This document shows, one piece after another, positions 53,490-64,000 of a DNA stretch of 64,000 nt (position 1 is its first letter; every line of letters begins with the position of its first letter). The notes beneath the pieces were generated by a model that was not told the origin of the DNA, did no database searches, and saw nothing but the letters and a program-made list of their open reading frames with translations. This DNA comes from Caecitellus pseudoparvulus. Taxonomy: Eukaryota; Protista; Bigyra: Bicosoecida. The position numbers and the translations under genes were made by a program. The DNA lies in NCBI GenBank assembly GCA_965644315.1, contig CBFFRQ010000068.1, positions 434,001 to 498,000 of the forward strand. The letters run 5' to 3'.

Positions 53490-56400
53490 TCACTGCGCCG
53501 CCGCAGCTGCCCCCTCCTGCGCCTCCGCTGCCGACCCCTTCCAAGCCTGCCCCAGCAGGTGCAGGCGCAGGTGCAGGCGCATCTTGAAGTTGAAGTCTTT
53601 GCCGTAGTCCTTGGCGCGCTTCAGCATGGCTGGTCCTTCAGGGTGCGCCTTGCCCAGAATGGTCGCCATCTCGTAGTACGCGAAGGGCACGGTGTAGTTG
53701 TCAGCCTGCACTTGTTCCTTGTGTTCTCGCACCCATTGAAAGCAGGCCAGGGCCTGGGTGGGGCACCCTGCAGCGTTCAGCGCCGCCCCTCGTAGCAATG
53801 CCCCCACAGCCACAAGGTCTGCCCGCAGGGCGCCTGACGGATGTGTGCGTGTCTCAGCAGTGGGGTGGGGGATGGAGCCTGCCTGGGCCGCAGCGCCGGT
53901 GTCTCCGCTGCGACGCCAGAAGGCCAGCCCCCCCCCACTACCGGGGGCAGTGTTCTTGCGTCGCTTCGTGAGGACTGCAGAGACATCCAAGGCAGGGGCA
54001 GTGGGCGTGGAGGGAGTTTCAGTGGGGGGTGCGGGGGGCGTTGCGCCTCCCAGGCCGACCTCCATGCCCTCTGTCCGCAGGTGAGGGTGCAGGTGGGCCG
54101 CAGGCGCCCCCGTGTACACGGCATCCAGGAACGCCGTGACGGTCTCATGGTCCGCAGACATGCTGAGGAAGTGGCGAGGGCGGGCGGCGGGGGAGGACGC
54201 CGTGGCAGACGGGGCCGGCACTGGTGGCTCCAGTGCGCTCAGCTGCAGCAGGGCGTCGTCCACAGCCAGCACCGCATCCCTTGCCACCCGCGGGTCCATG
54301 CAAGAGAAGCCATTGAACAAGTACACCACTTCCAGCCCCGGCAGGAGCAAGTAGCGCGGGCTGCCGTCGCACGCCTGCACGCCAGGGCGGGGCAGGTGGG
54401 ACTTGTACACCGGCGCGCCGGCAGTCCTGGCTGCGCTGTACGCTTGCACCTTGCGCATGACGAACTGCTCGGCTGAGATGCTCTTGCCTCCCAGCTTGCG
54501 TCCCATCTGTTCGGCGACAGAGGCGAAGCGGGGGGCGGCGGCAGCCTCCTCCGCGTCCTCGGCCAAGCACACCGCGGTCATGTATGAGAAGAAGGCCTTG
54601 CTCCACAGACTGCCATCCTGCAACCCCTCCAGCTGCTGCAAGGCCAAGTGCCAGCAGGAGCGGCAGTGCCCAGAGGCTAGCCTGTTGGCAGGGCTCGCCT
54701 CCTGAGCAGCTGCGGCGTCGCCGTCGCCCTCCGTGGATCCCGCCGCAGCCAGGCGCTGGGCGACGGGTGTCACTGCCAGGAAGTCGGGGGCTGTGGCAGG
54801 GGGTGTCAGCAGCTCCTGCGCCAGCTCATTGCCCCCGGGGGCCAAGAACAAGTAGCAGAAGGCGCGGTCGTACGCTGCCACGTTGGCCAGTGCCTGGAAC
54901 TTCGCGGAGGAAGAGGCGATGGCAGCGCACTCCGCGAAGAGAGCATCGGCCAGACCCAAGTTCCACCGCATGCGCTCTGCCCGCCCGGCATTCCACAAGA
55001 ACAGGGCGGAGTTTGGGAACTGCCGGAACATGACACCCAGCACCTCCTCGGCGTCCACCGCGCAGCGCTGGCGCAGGGCCGCGTCGGAGAGGAAGGAGGG
55101 CAGCTGCACCAGCTCAATAAGCATGCCGAGGCCGGCCAGCGGCCCTCGCACAGAGCGCCCCAACATGCAGGCGCGCAGCTGCGCGAGGGCGGCCTGCTTG
55201 CTGGCAGAGTACCCCAAGAACTGCACCACTTTCAGGGCGATGTCGGGCATGGAGCCGGTGATGAGGTTGAACATGCCCATGCCGAAGAGGCCTCCAGAGA
55301 CGAGGGCAGGCGGCATGCCTGCCAGGCTTCCGTTGTCGCCCTCCTCCCCTTGCATGGCTGCCGGCACGGCCATGGAGCTGGCGACGCCGGCAGCCTGGGC
55401 GGCAGCCTCGTCCACCTCCACAGCAGCACGGCGGAATCCCCTGTCGGGGATGACCATGGCCGGCACGCCGTCGGGGGCAGTAAGGCTGCTCACAGCCTTG
55501 CCCAGGGCGCTGTCCACCTGCCCGTACAGCTTGAGACCGGAGTGCACTGCGAGGCCGCACTTGGCCAGGGACAGCATGCTCTCCTCCAGAATGTGCAGGA
55601 AGGCGTTGATGAGAGACACCTCTGCTCCCACCACGTAGCCCTCCACTTGGGACGGCGTGGGGGCGCTGGCCCCCCCGCTGAACCAGGATGAGTCAGGCTG
55701 CATGGCGCTGGCCAAGGCCAGGGTGTGTGCGGCGCGCGCCCGTGACTCTGCGATGTCCGCCTCGTTCCAGGACAGCACAGCCACCATGACGTTGATGGTG
55801 GTGAAGGCGAGGGAGAAGATGGGGGAGCGCCGGAAGTGCCGCCGGACGGTGCTCTCCGCCCACTCAAAGCGATTGGTGAAGAAGAGGTAGCAGGTGCGCA
55901 GGACGATTTCGTTCATGGCAGCGGCGTCGTAGATGCTTGTGTGCGCCATGTCTCGATCCAGGCGCGCGAGGATGTGGTGCAAGTGTGCAGGGGTGTCCTC
56001 TGGCAGTGGCCGGGCGGTGTCTGCAGGGTCCCTGCTCAGCCACACAGCAGGCGTGTCTGCTCCTTGCCGCACCTCCACATGCACGTCTTTGGAAGTGAGC
56101 ATGGAGTGGGAGTTGTCCAGGTTCACAACCATAGAGCCGCCAGCAGGTGCCACAATGGCGTTGCAGTCTGTGCCTGGTGAATGGGAAGGGGGGAGGGGGC
56201 GTGGCCTGCTCTGCATCGAGCCCCAGCTGTCAAGGAGCTGAGGACAGTTCAGCACGAATTCCGCAGCAAGACCCGCCTGCTGGGCAGGCCCCCCTCCGAC
56301 GCTCCCCGCAGGACTCACCTTCCACAGCAAGCAAGACCTGAAAGTCTACACGTTGGCTGCCATCCGCTGGTTCCATGAACACGGAAAGCTTCAACTCGGC

Positions 56401-56584
56401 GCCGTGCAGGACAGACACATGCTGCACAAGGTGCGCACGGCTTGCAGTGCTCACGACGCTGCTCTGTTGCAAGCTTGCGCGGCAGCGCCACACGCACCCA
56501 CTCCACTCGCTGGCCCTCCACGACGTCAAACCGGACTTCATGCCTGCTCCTGGCTGGGATGCTGATGTCGTGCTTGGTCACCAT
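53490..56584 (-). CDS. TTC39/IML2 (DUF3808) TPR protein with N-terminal GOLD-like domain
   Basis: TTC39 motifs: GMFNLITGSMP..LKVVQFLGYS, FPNSALFL, WSKAFFSY, RKLGGKSISAEQFVMRK, LPGLEVVYLFNGF, YTVPFAYYE and KDFNFKMRLHLRLH. The 5' exons give ISIPARSRHEVRFDV..GQRVEW..V and GGSMVVNLDNSHSMLTSKDV (GOLD pattern). Start and intron boundaries are moderately uncertain. Confidence 0.82.
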
Positions 56585-56821
56585 CGTGTGCCGCAGCGCA
56601 AGGCAGTGCCAGCCTCAACTCAGCGCCTCGCTGGCGTGGAGAGCAGCTCGCAGGGTGTGAGCAAGCGCACCTGAGGAATGCGGCAGGGCAGGCTATGCAG
56701 CGCGCAGTGCATGGAAAGGCTATGGATTTTGCTTGGACCTGATTTTTTCTGCCGCGGCTGGAAGCAGCTCCCGACAGCCTTGCCTGCGGGGCTGCCCCAA
56801 GTGGGAGTTTCTGCGCCGGCA

Positions 56822-57609
56822 TCAAGACAAGACACACTGGCACCCCGCGCCCTGCTTTGCACGCTCGGCAGCGAGGTCCTCTGCCTCGATGCCACCCGAA
56901 CCGCTCACGCGGGCTTCGTCTTCCTGCCCCCCCACCCTGACCGTGGCAGCCACTACTGTGTCGTGCGCTTCCAGCTCCAGGTCACTCAGGCTCACGCCAA
57001 TGGCTCGAGCCGCCACGTCGTAGAAGCTGCGCATGATGGAGTCTCCCGACTGTGCTGACACCTCGTAGTGCCCTTGCAGCCCGTGAGCCGGCACCGCCTC
57101 GCTGATGGCTTTGGCGCCCACGACGCGGTCGCCCACCAAGTCGGCCTTGTTCCCCAGCAGGTACATGGCGGGAGCTTGCCGGCCCGTCATGGCCACCGTG
57201 CTCGCCACACGGCGCACCCAACTCTCAACGTCAGCGAAGCTCTGTAGGTCTGTCAAGTCGTACGTGAGGAGCGCGACGTCGCAGCCGCTGATGTACTTGC
57301 TCAGCATCTTGGAGTTCACGGCCTGGCCCCCGATGTCCCACACCTGCAGCTGCACGTCCTTGCCTCGGATCTGTGCAGCGAAATGCGGGAGTCGGCAGGC
57401 TGCGGTGCGTGCGGCGAGGCGGAGTGGCAGTGTCCGCCTCGCCTTCCCCTCACAGTGACCTGTTTGGACAGCGTGTCCAGCCCCACAGTCTGCTTGTACT
57501 CGGGCGAGAAGCCGTTCTCCAAAAACCGCGCGCAGATGCTTGTCTTGCCAACGGAACCATTTCCTAGCAGAATGACCTTGCAAGACTTTGTGGCGGCTGT
57601 GGCTGCCAT
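56822..57609 (-). CDS. RAB28: Rab28 small GTPase
   Basis: GNGSVGKTS, YKQTVGLD, Rab28-diagnostic WDIGGQ...KML.KYI.G, GNKADL, VSA and C-terminal CaaX (CVLS). Intron at 57371-57453. Confidence 0.9.
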
Positions 57610-57776
57610 GGCCGGCTGTCACCCAGTCTTTGAGTTGCCGTTTCGCGCGAAACGCCAGGCTTCACGCCGCTGGCCAAGCATGCAGCGGCCCAGGATGAGG
57701 CATTTCGCAGCAGAGCCGCCACAGGGGCAGGTTCTCACGGGCTTCACACCCTGCATGCATTTTGCTCAGGCCGTGT

Positions 57777-59132
57777 TTATGCAGTGGGGGCAAATGCTGG
57801 CTGCTGCTTCTTGTACCCGCCGAAGCGGTCCACGGCGTACTGCATGAAGTCGAAGTCGATGGGGGAGTGCTTGGCCTGAATGATGGCCCACAGGCCCCAG
57901 AAGAAGTGGGAGGCCAAGGAGAAGTGCTGGCTCACAGCCACCGCCTCCGCCCAGAAGGCCGTCGTGGCCTCCTCAGCACCGTCAGGCCCCACCGCTGCCT
58001 GGACCGCCTCCACCACGCCAGGGCTGCGCGCCGCCAAGTACTCCTTCAGGAATGCCTCCCCTGCAGCATGGGAGGGGTACCACTTGTCCAGGTCAAAGTC
58101 GAACCCTGCGTACTCGCACCAGTGGTTGCCAATGTCGAAGCCAGCGTAGTTGTACCCGCCGTACTCGAAGTCGATGATTTGCACCCGAGAAGAGTCCCCA
58201 GCCAGAGCAAGAACGTTCCCGCTCAGCAGGTCGTTGTGGCAGAACACAATTGAGAACATCGCCTCCCGTGCTGCACGCTTGCCAGCTGACGCAGGGTCGT
58301 CCCCCACCACTGCGCCCACCAGCTTGGCGCCGTGGTCGTTCAGGGGAGAGGGCAGGGCGGCACGCAGCACCTCCAACTCAGAAGCGATCCAGGCCACGTC
58401 CAGGCCAGCGAATTTCTCAGCCTTGGCAGTCTCTCCCGGCCCCTTGAAGTCCAAGGCTTGCGCCTGCGCGAGCCACTTGTCAAGCTGCCCCCACAGAGTG
58501 GGCGTGCGGTCGTCCTCGATCTGCAGGCTATGCATGCGAGCAAGCTCCCTTGCAATGAGCCCAACGAAGTCCACCGGCTCGCGCTGTGGGCGAGGGCAGG
58601 TCATGTGTCGCGGAGGTCGGGCAGCTCTGCTTCCTCGCGAGGCGGCGTGCTCACCTGGCCCATTTGGGAAGGCTCCAAGGCTGCAGAGGGGAACCACCCT
58701 TCGATGCGGCCATTGTCAAAGTACCCATACATGGTGGGTCCAAATCCAGCCTCTGCAAGCTTGTGGAAGAGCACTGCGGCGACAGGGGAGCCATGCCAGG
58801 GTGCGATGCAGAAGGGCGGGGAAACTGCGGCGAAACGCTGGTCACGCACGGTTGTCCCTCTGCCGGTCGATCATCATCTCAGTCTTGGCGCCGAAGACGC
58901 GCACAAGCACGTCGTCTTTGCCCTCTGACGATGCCTTGAACAGCAAGTTCGTGATGCCACCGCTGATGACTGTGAGGGTGATGGTGGCGCCAGCCTCCCA
59001 CCCGCACAAGGCTTGCACCACCGCCTTCAAGTCACCGTCGCGGCTGTCCCCTGCAAAGTCCACCGCGAGGGACACACACTTCACACCATTTGCGTCCAGG
59101 TGGGCTTCCGCTGACGTCGAAGATGCAGCCAT
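57777..59132 (-). CDS. Ethanolamine/choline kinase
   Basis: SGGITNLLFK, VLVRVFGAKTEMMIDR, FDNGRIEG, Brenner motif FCHNDLLSGN, IIDFEYGGYNYAGFDIGNHWCEYAG and ASHFFWGLWAIIQ. Two short introns at about 58775-58849 and about 58584-58654. Confidence 0.95.
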
Positions 59133-59380
59133 GGCTGTGGGCTCTCCCGTGCCTGCGTTTGGGTCCAATTTGGGCGAGTTTGACTTGAAGTCTGGTGAGG
59201 CTTGGTTCGCGAAAGGCGGGTTGCTCCACTCCCAGCAACGCATGCAATTTGTTCGAGTCGCGTGTATTTTGTGTCGGGTGCAGTCTTGCCAGCGGGCCAG
59301 GGCCATGCAAGGGCCCGTCCTGTCGGCCGTCTCCCACTCTCAGCGAGGATTCAGCTGCGAAGCCAGCTCGAGCAGCCCTC

Positions 59381-61017
59381 ATGCCGCAGGGAAGAACGTT
59401 GGCGGGAACCCCTTCCTCATCATCCGGACTTGGCATGGCCTTCGCTCAAGAAGCTTCCGCCTTGAACTCCCTAACCCCTTGCATGCGGGCCGGCGTGGTG
59501 AGTTGGGCAGCCTGCAATTTCCGCAAGAAGCCGGCCGCATCCCCCTCCTGTTCTCTGCAGCTGGTGGTGCAGTGCTGGGGGAACGCAAGAGAGGAGACAC
59601 TGCATGTGCGGATCGCCTCTCGCCCCCAGCAGGGCACCCTGGCCACCTGTGCGCTGGTGGACGTTGCCGTGCTCATGTCCAGCCCTCCTCTGGCTTTCGT
59701 TGACGCGACGTGCAGCGGGGGTGGCACAGTGCTCGAGGAGGCCATGAACGCCCTGAACACTGCCCTGTCAACGTCTTCTTCAAGGGCAGTGGCCCCCATC
59801 GTGCACTCCCTCGGGGTCGCACTTCGAGAAGCCGGCTGGCCCAGTGTCACGAACCTGTCCAGGGTGCACTCCCCCATTGTGGGCGTGCCTGAGCCACCCT
59901 GCCCGGCTGGAGTGGACACCATGCTTGCCTTCCTCCAAACTGCTGCATGTAGCATTCGCTGTGGGACCATCTGCCCCGCCAAGTCCCTGCCAGCAGGCGC
60001 GGCATCGGCGCTGCCTGCGTTTCGGCAGGCGCTGCTGTCGGTGCCACACTTTGGTGCTCGCCGAGCGGACTGCTCAGCTCCTGACACCCTGCAGTGGCTG
60101 GCCACCGCACCTAAATCGCACCTTCGCTTGGTTGGCATGCACGTGAATGGCAGGGTGCAGACGCCGCCGGGCGTGCAGGCAGAGGACAGCGTCCCTGCGC
60201 AGCTGGCGCCCAACACCTGCGCCATGCTCAAGTTTCTCGCTGCAGCAGGGAGACAGCACAAGGGCTACCCGATTCCGACACATGAATTTGAAGTGCTCCA
60301 AGTCCCTGACCCTCGCTTTGACCAGCTCGCAGCAGCACATGGCACGAAGGGTGTGTGCCGCACCAGCTCAGCTGCAGTGTCTGCTTCAACGCAACATACT
60401 CCGCATCGGCCTCGCCACCCTTCGCAGTTGCGTACCATGGGACGCCCTCTGACAACACGTGGTCCATTCTCATGACAGGGCTCCGGAGCATGTCTGGGTC
60501 TCGGGAGGAGACCAACGGCTCTCTATTCGGTTCTGGCATCTACCTGGCAGGCGATCCACGCGTCGCGTTCTCGTTTGCTGCGCCTGCTGGACAACTGGGC
60601 AGCAACACCGTGCTGGGGGGGACAAAAGCCACCCCAGGCGCCCTTCTCGATCCCAGAGGGAACCCCCAACAACTTCACTCGCCAGCAGCGGCGGCGGACG
60701 CGCCTGCAGCCAGCCTGGTTCGCGGCAGCTTCTACGTTGTGTTTGTGGCGGAGGTCATTGCACTCCCGTCCAACGTGGCGCCGCATTCCAACACAACAGG
60801 GGGCTCCACCCGCAGCAAGGAGGGCACCTACTTCGTCGTGGCGGATCCGTCCCATGTCGCCCTTCGGCGGGTGCTGGTGTACGCCAACGTGGGTGCGGTT
60901 CAGCCCGCACCGCCACGCCAAGGCGAAGCCGCCCGGCACTGGCTAGCCACGTGGGCCCTGCCCCTCATCGCATTGCTGCTTGCCTTGCTAGGCTTGCTGC
61001 TGATGCCTGGTCCATGA
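59381..61017 (+). CDS. PARP16: PARP16-like tail-anchored mono-ADP-ribosyltransferase
   Basis: After intron 60351-60427: AYHGT..N.WSIL..GL, SLFGSGIYLA and TYFVV.DP..V.LRRVLVY (H-Y-Y triad), then a C-terminal TM (WALPLIALLLALLGLLLMP). The start codon is uncertain; there is a probable intron at about 59497-59560. Confidence 0.82.
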
Positions 61018-61059
61018 CGAGCCGTGGCGCTGTGGATTAGTGTATTGATGTAAAGCAGT

Positions 61060-64000
61060 TCACAGGGCGCCTCCACCCGCCGCGTGGCGTAGGCCCTTGA
61101 CGATGCCCTTGCTGGCCTCATGGCACACTACGTTGGACAAGTCGTCAAAGACGATTTCGAACCACCGTTTCACGTCGAAAATGCTGGCGTCGTTGCGCAC
61201 GAAATCGACGCAGTACCTGGGCCGGGGGTCGGGAAGAGCAGGGACACGGCCCGAGCAGCCACCGGCACCAGCGGCGTGCTGCATAGTCGCAGGCAAGACG
61301 TACACCTGCACCGTTGCGAGGAGCAGCTCACCCGCCATGATTTGCACCTTGTTGGCCTCCAGGTGCATGACAGTGTGCAGGGGCGCAGGCAGGTCATGGC
61401 GGTATTGCCGCGCCATGGACTCCAGAGATCGAGACACCTGGGGCAAGATGCTGGCGGGCGGCTCGCGAGTCACGAACCGTGTCGAGCGGCGCACACTGCA
61501 GTCCCACGTTTGGGGGTCATGGTGGGCGGGGGCCTTGCTGTGGCGCTCGGACACTGGCGTGGGGCTGGATGCGGCGCTGTTTGCGGAGCGAGGGGGTGCT
61601 TCGTTCCCATGCCCGGCAACCATCGCTCCCAGGGCAGTGGGGGGTGTGCCACTGGCCCCAGCAGGAGACACCATGGTGCTGGACAAATTCAAACTCCGCA
61701 CCGCACTTTGAGGGCTCCCAACGTTGCTGCGGGGCTGGGGGGTCGGCGTGCCCTCAGGCGGCAGCTGCAAGGCGGCTGACACCTGAGGTTCGGGCAAGTT
61801 TGGCAGGGCATGGGGCTGGCTGGCACTGGTGGGGGCTGGGGAAAGTCCATCGTCGCTGGCCAGGCCGTCGTGGGTGGGGGGGAACGCGGGCGGGGTGGCG
61901 GACCTGGGGTTGATGGTGCCGCGCGCAGGCAGCACACTGCGCCCCGCGTGCGCGTTGGCAACGTCAGACCGCTTGCGCTTTGCGCGTGCTCGGCGGGCAG
62001 GGCTGCCCACAACCCAGCTGTGCGTGACCGCCTCGTCCACGCTGATGCGCCAGGCGGGGTCAGGGTGCAGCAAGCCGCACAGCAAGTTCCGTGCCTTGTC
62101 ACTGAACTTGTCAGGGAAGAACCACGCAGGCATGACCAAGGCTGCGCGCTCCGCTGAGGAGAGCTCGGGCAGTCGGCCATACTTAGCTTGCAGCGGGGAA
62201 AGGCTGCTGCCATCCTGCAGCCCAGCCGCCGCGAGTGGCTTGGCTGTGCCTCGCCCTTGTTCTGAATCTGATGGGTTGTTGCTGGCGATGCGGTACTCCC
62301 TGCACGCAAGACGGTAGGCCTGGACCAAGTCCAGTGCCGTGCGCATGCGGGAGCAAGGCTCAGCAGGGACGCCCCTAGGGGATGCCCCAGACTCCACCTC
62401 CTCGCTACACGGGCCCGAGACCGTTGGAGAGCCCAAGTCGGAGGTTTGAGTGTCAGGCGATCCGTGGCGCAGGGCCAGGACAACGGTGCCGAGGCCGCGC
62501 TTCCACAGCTGCCGCAGCACCCTATCCCGCCCCGCCACCCACATACAGTAGTGCCTGTACCGTGAACAGGAGCGCAGGTCCTCCGTGAAAGGCAGCGTGC
62601 CGCCCAGCATGGCGTACACAATCACGCCACACGACCACACGTCAGCCTTGGTGCCATCATACCCCTCCCCGCTACGACCCTTGTCCCCCAGCGTCAGCAC
62701 CTCTGGAGCGATGTAGAAAGGCGTGCCAACGACAGACCTCAGGCGCTGTAAGGATGGGGTGGTGGGGGGCGCTGGGAGGGCCAGGGTGCTTGGGCCTGGG
62801 CTTGCTGCCGGCCCAAGGAAGGGCGAGCTTAGCTGCACACCAGTGCCGCTGATTCCCCCTGCATAGGGGGAGGCAGCCCCAGACGTCTGCACAGCAGGGG
62901 CTGAGGGGGCAATGCCTGGGGAAAGCGGCAAGGAAGCTGCCGCCCCGAGGGAAAGTGGAGGGGGCAGGCCCACCGTCCCAGCAAGTGGAGGCGCCGCCGG
63001 CGACAGACCTGGCGAAGCTCCATCCCCAGCACCTGCCAGCATGCTGGACCTCAAGGCAGCCAGGCCAAAGTCGGCGATTTTCAACGTTGAGTTCGTCGCA
63101 TCCAGGGTCAACGCTGCTGTCGGCGACTGGGCAGACTTGGGGCTCTCCCCATCGGACACCGGCGCAGGCTCGCTGTCCAAGTCATCCTGGCTGCTGCGAG
63201 AGAGGTCAGAGTCCCCGTCCGCATCGCGCACAGGCGACGGGGTGGAGGCATCCCCTGGCTCTGTCACGAGGAGGTTTTCCGGTTTCAAGTCCCGGTGCGC
63301 GACGCCACGCTCGTGGCAGTAAGACAGCCCCAGCAGCAGCTGCTGCACGAAGTGCCGCGCAGTTCCCTCGGCTGGGCCTGCGAGTCCCTTGTCCATAGGG
63401 ATGCGGTCGAAGAGCTCCCCGCCACGGGCGATTTCCATGACCAAGAACAGGGTTGTGCAGGTATCTTGAATGTGTTCCAGGACGTCCCACAGCGCCAGCA
63501 CGTTCGGGTGGCCACAGCCTTCACGACCGCTGCTGAGTGTCTGCATAACGGCAATTTCGCGGTACAGCCGCCGCCGCTTTTGCAGGAATTGAATGTACTT
63601 AGTGGGCACCACAGGCAGGGGCACGCTGCGGCCTCGCACGGTGGCGGTTCCCGCAACATTCTCCACGCCTGCCGACTCGTCGGCTTGAGCCGGCTCCACA
63701 CCCCAAATGTCCATGCACTGGCGCAAGGTGACCTCGGCGAGCTTGCCAGTGGAAGCCTTCGGCAGGGCTGCCAGCACCGTTCGATTGATGGGGTTGTACA
63801 CCCACGTCACGTGTCTGCGAAAGGCGAGGCAAGGTCTCGTTCTTCGATCTGAAGCACTGGGGATGCAGGACACCCCAGGAAAGTGTGGACACTCGCAAGG
63901 CAGTGCGCAGAACGTACAGTGGCATGAGTTGGTCGTAGTCATCGATGTCCTTTCCCTGTGAATGGACGGGGGGAGCAAGGGTTGCTTTCTGGCAAGTTGG
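61060..64000 (-). CDS. CAMK-group (SNF1/CIPK/CHK1-like) Ser/Thr protein kinase, 5' end probably outside the window
   Basis: [69 protein letters not shown] and [10 protein letters not shown], with a C-terminal KA1-like region starting VRRSTRFVT. No Gly-rich loop or VAIK is visible in the window. Confidence 0.9.
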   Translation of the reverse strand, partial: QLARKQPLLPPSIHRERTSMTTTNSCHCTFCALPCECPHFPGVSCIPSASDRRTRPCLAFRRHVTWVYNPINRTVLAALPKASTGKLAEVTLRQCMDIWGVEPAQADESAGVENVAGTATVRGRSVPLPVVPTKYIQFLQKRRRLYREIAVMQTLSSGREGCGHPNVLALWDVLEHIQDTCTTLFLVMEIARGGELFDRIPMDKGLAGPAEGTARHFVQQLLLGLSYCHERGVAHRDLKPENLLVTEPGDASTPSPVRDADGDSDLSRSSQDDLDSEPAPVSDGESPKSAQSPTAALTLDATNSTLKIADFGLAALRSSMLAGAGDGASPGLSPAAPPLAGTVGLPPPLSLGAAASLPLSPGIAPSAPAVQTSGAASPYAGGISGTGVQLSSPFLGPAASPGPSTLALPAPPTTPSLQRLRSVVGTPFYIAPEVLTLGDKGRSGEGYDGTKADVWSCGVIVYAMLGGTLPFTEDLRSCSRYRHYCMWVAGRDRVLRQLWKRGLGTVVLALRHGSPDTQTSDLGSPTVSGPCSEEVESGASPRGVPAEPCSRMRTALDLVQAYRLACREYRIASNNPSDSEQGRGTAKPLAAAGLQDGSSLSPLQAKYGRLPELSSAERAALVMPAWFFPDKFSDKARNLLCGLLHPDPAWRISVDEAVTHSWVVGSPARRARAKRKRSDVANAHAGRSVLPARGTINPRSATPPAFPPTHDGLASDDGLSPAPTSASQPHALPNLPEPQVSAALQLPPEGTPTPQPRSNVGSPQSAVRSLNLSSTMVSPAGASGTPPTALGAMVAGHGNEAPPRSANSAASSPTPVSERHSKAPAHHDPQTWDCSVRRSTRFVTREPPASILPQVSRSLESMARQYRHDLPAPLHTVMHLEANKVQIMAGELLLATVQVYVLPATMQHAAGAGGCSGRVPALPDPRPRYCVDFVRNDASIFDVKRWFEIVFDDLSNVVCHEASKGIVKGLRHAAGGGAL

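Noticed and set aside
59200-59275. GTTCGAGTC B-box-like motif suggesting a tRNA
   Set aside because: No cloverleaf, acceptor stem or A-box could be built.
972-60427. Introner-type (transposon-derived) repeated introns
   Set aside because: Apart from the duplicated protease genes, the introns I compared share no sequence similarity or terminal repeats beyond splice consensus.
972-61017. Apparent clustering of endomembrane/trafficking genes (V-ATPase H, ERGIC3, YIPF, TM9SF, RAB28, PARP16) as a functional gene cluster
   Set aside because: These are common housekeeping classes with mixed orientations, interspersed with unrelated genes. There is no evidence beyond chance without synteny data.
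83-63961. Hundreds of overlapping/antisense ORFs (e.g. 26055-27320, 30757-31851, 58150-59703, 23189-24196)
   Set aside because: These are shadow ORFs expected from high GC and codon bias opposite real genes. Many start at GTG/TTG and none has recognisable motifs.

Overview
This is eukaryotic nuclear DNA. It is GC-rich and extremely gene-dense, with short (about 60-100 nt) GT-AG spliceosomal introns concentrated at the 5' ends of genes. The raw ORF track fragments or mis-starts most genes, so I rebuilt the gene models by hand from splice sites. The organism is probably a flagellated heterotrophic protist, possibly a stramenopile (inference from RAB28, LRRC45, leishmanolysins and an alveolate-type voltage-sensor protein; not proven). 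The 19 protein-coding genes in order are: partial hypothetical, ZIP/ZupT transporter, V-ATPase subunit H, ERGIC3/Erv46, two tandem leishmanolysin (M8) surface proteases, a voltage-sensor 6TM protein, a PLGRKT homolog, a 1584-aa disordered protein, YIPF1/2, LRRC45-like, RPA49, TM9SF, a 5962-aa HERC-like HECT E3, UFD1-like, a GOLD-TTC39 fusion, RAB28, ethanolamine/choline kinase, PARP16-like and a partial CAMK-group kinase. There is also one intact solitary 5S rRNA gene. The most notable observations are four. (1) A homolog of the ciliate/apicomplexan voltage-sensor adenylyl cyclase has no cyclase domain and carries a long disordered tail instead. (2) The two leishmanolysin paralogs share a near-identical 3.2-kb internal cassette, introns included, but have unrelated signal peptides, membrane anchors and tails, plus a variable TPxx stalk. 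(3) A lone 5S gene sits inside the 412-bp divergent spacer between the HECT E3 and UFD1. (4) A GOLD domain is fused to TTC39/IML2. No CRISPR array, tRNA or recognisable transposon was found. All family assignments come from motif recognition by eye, not database searches.
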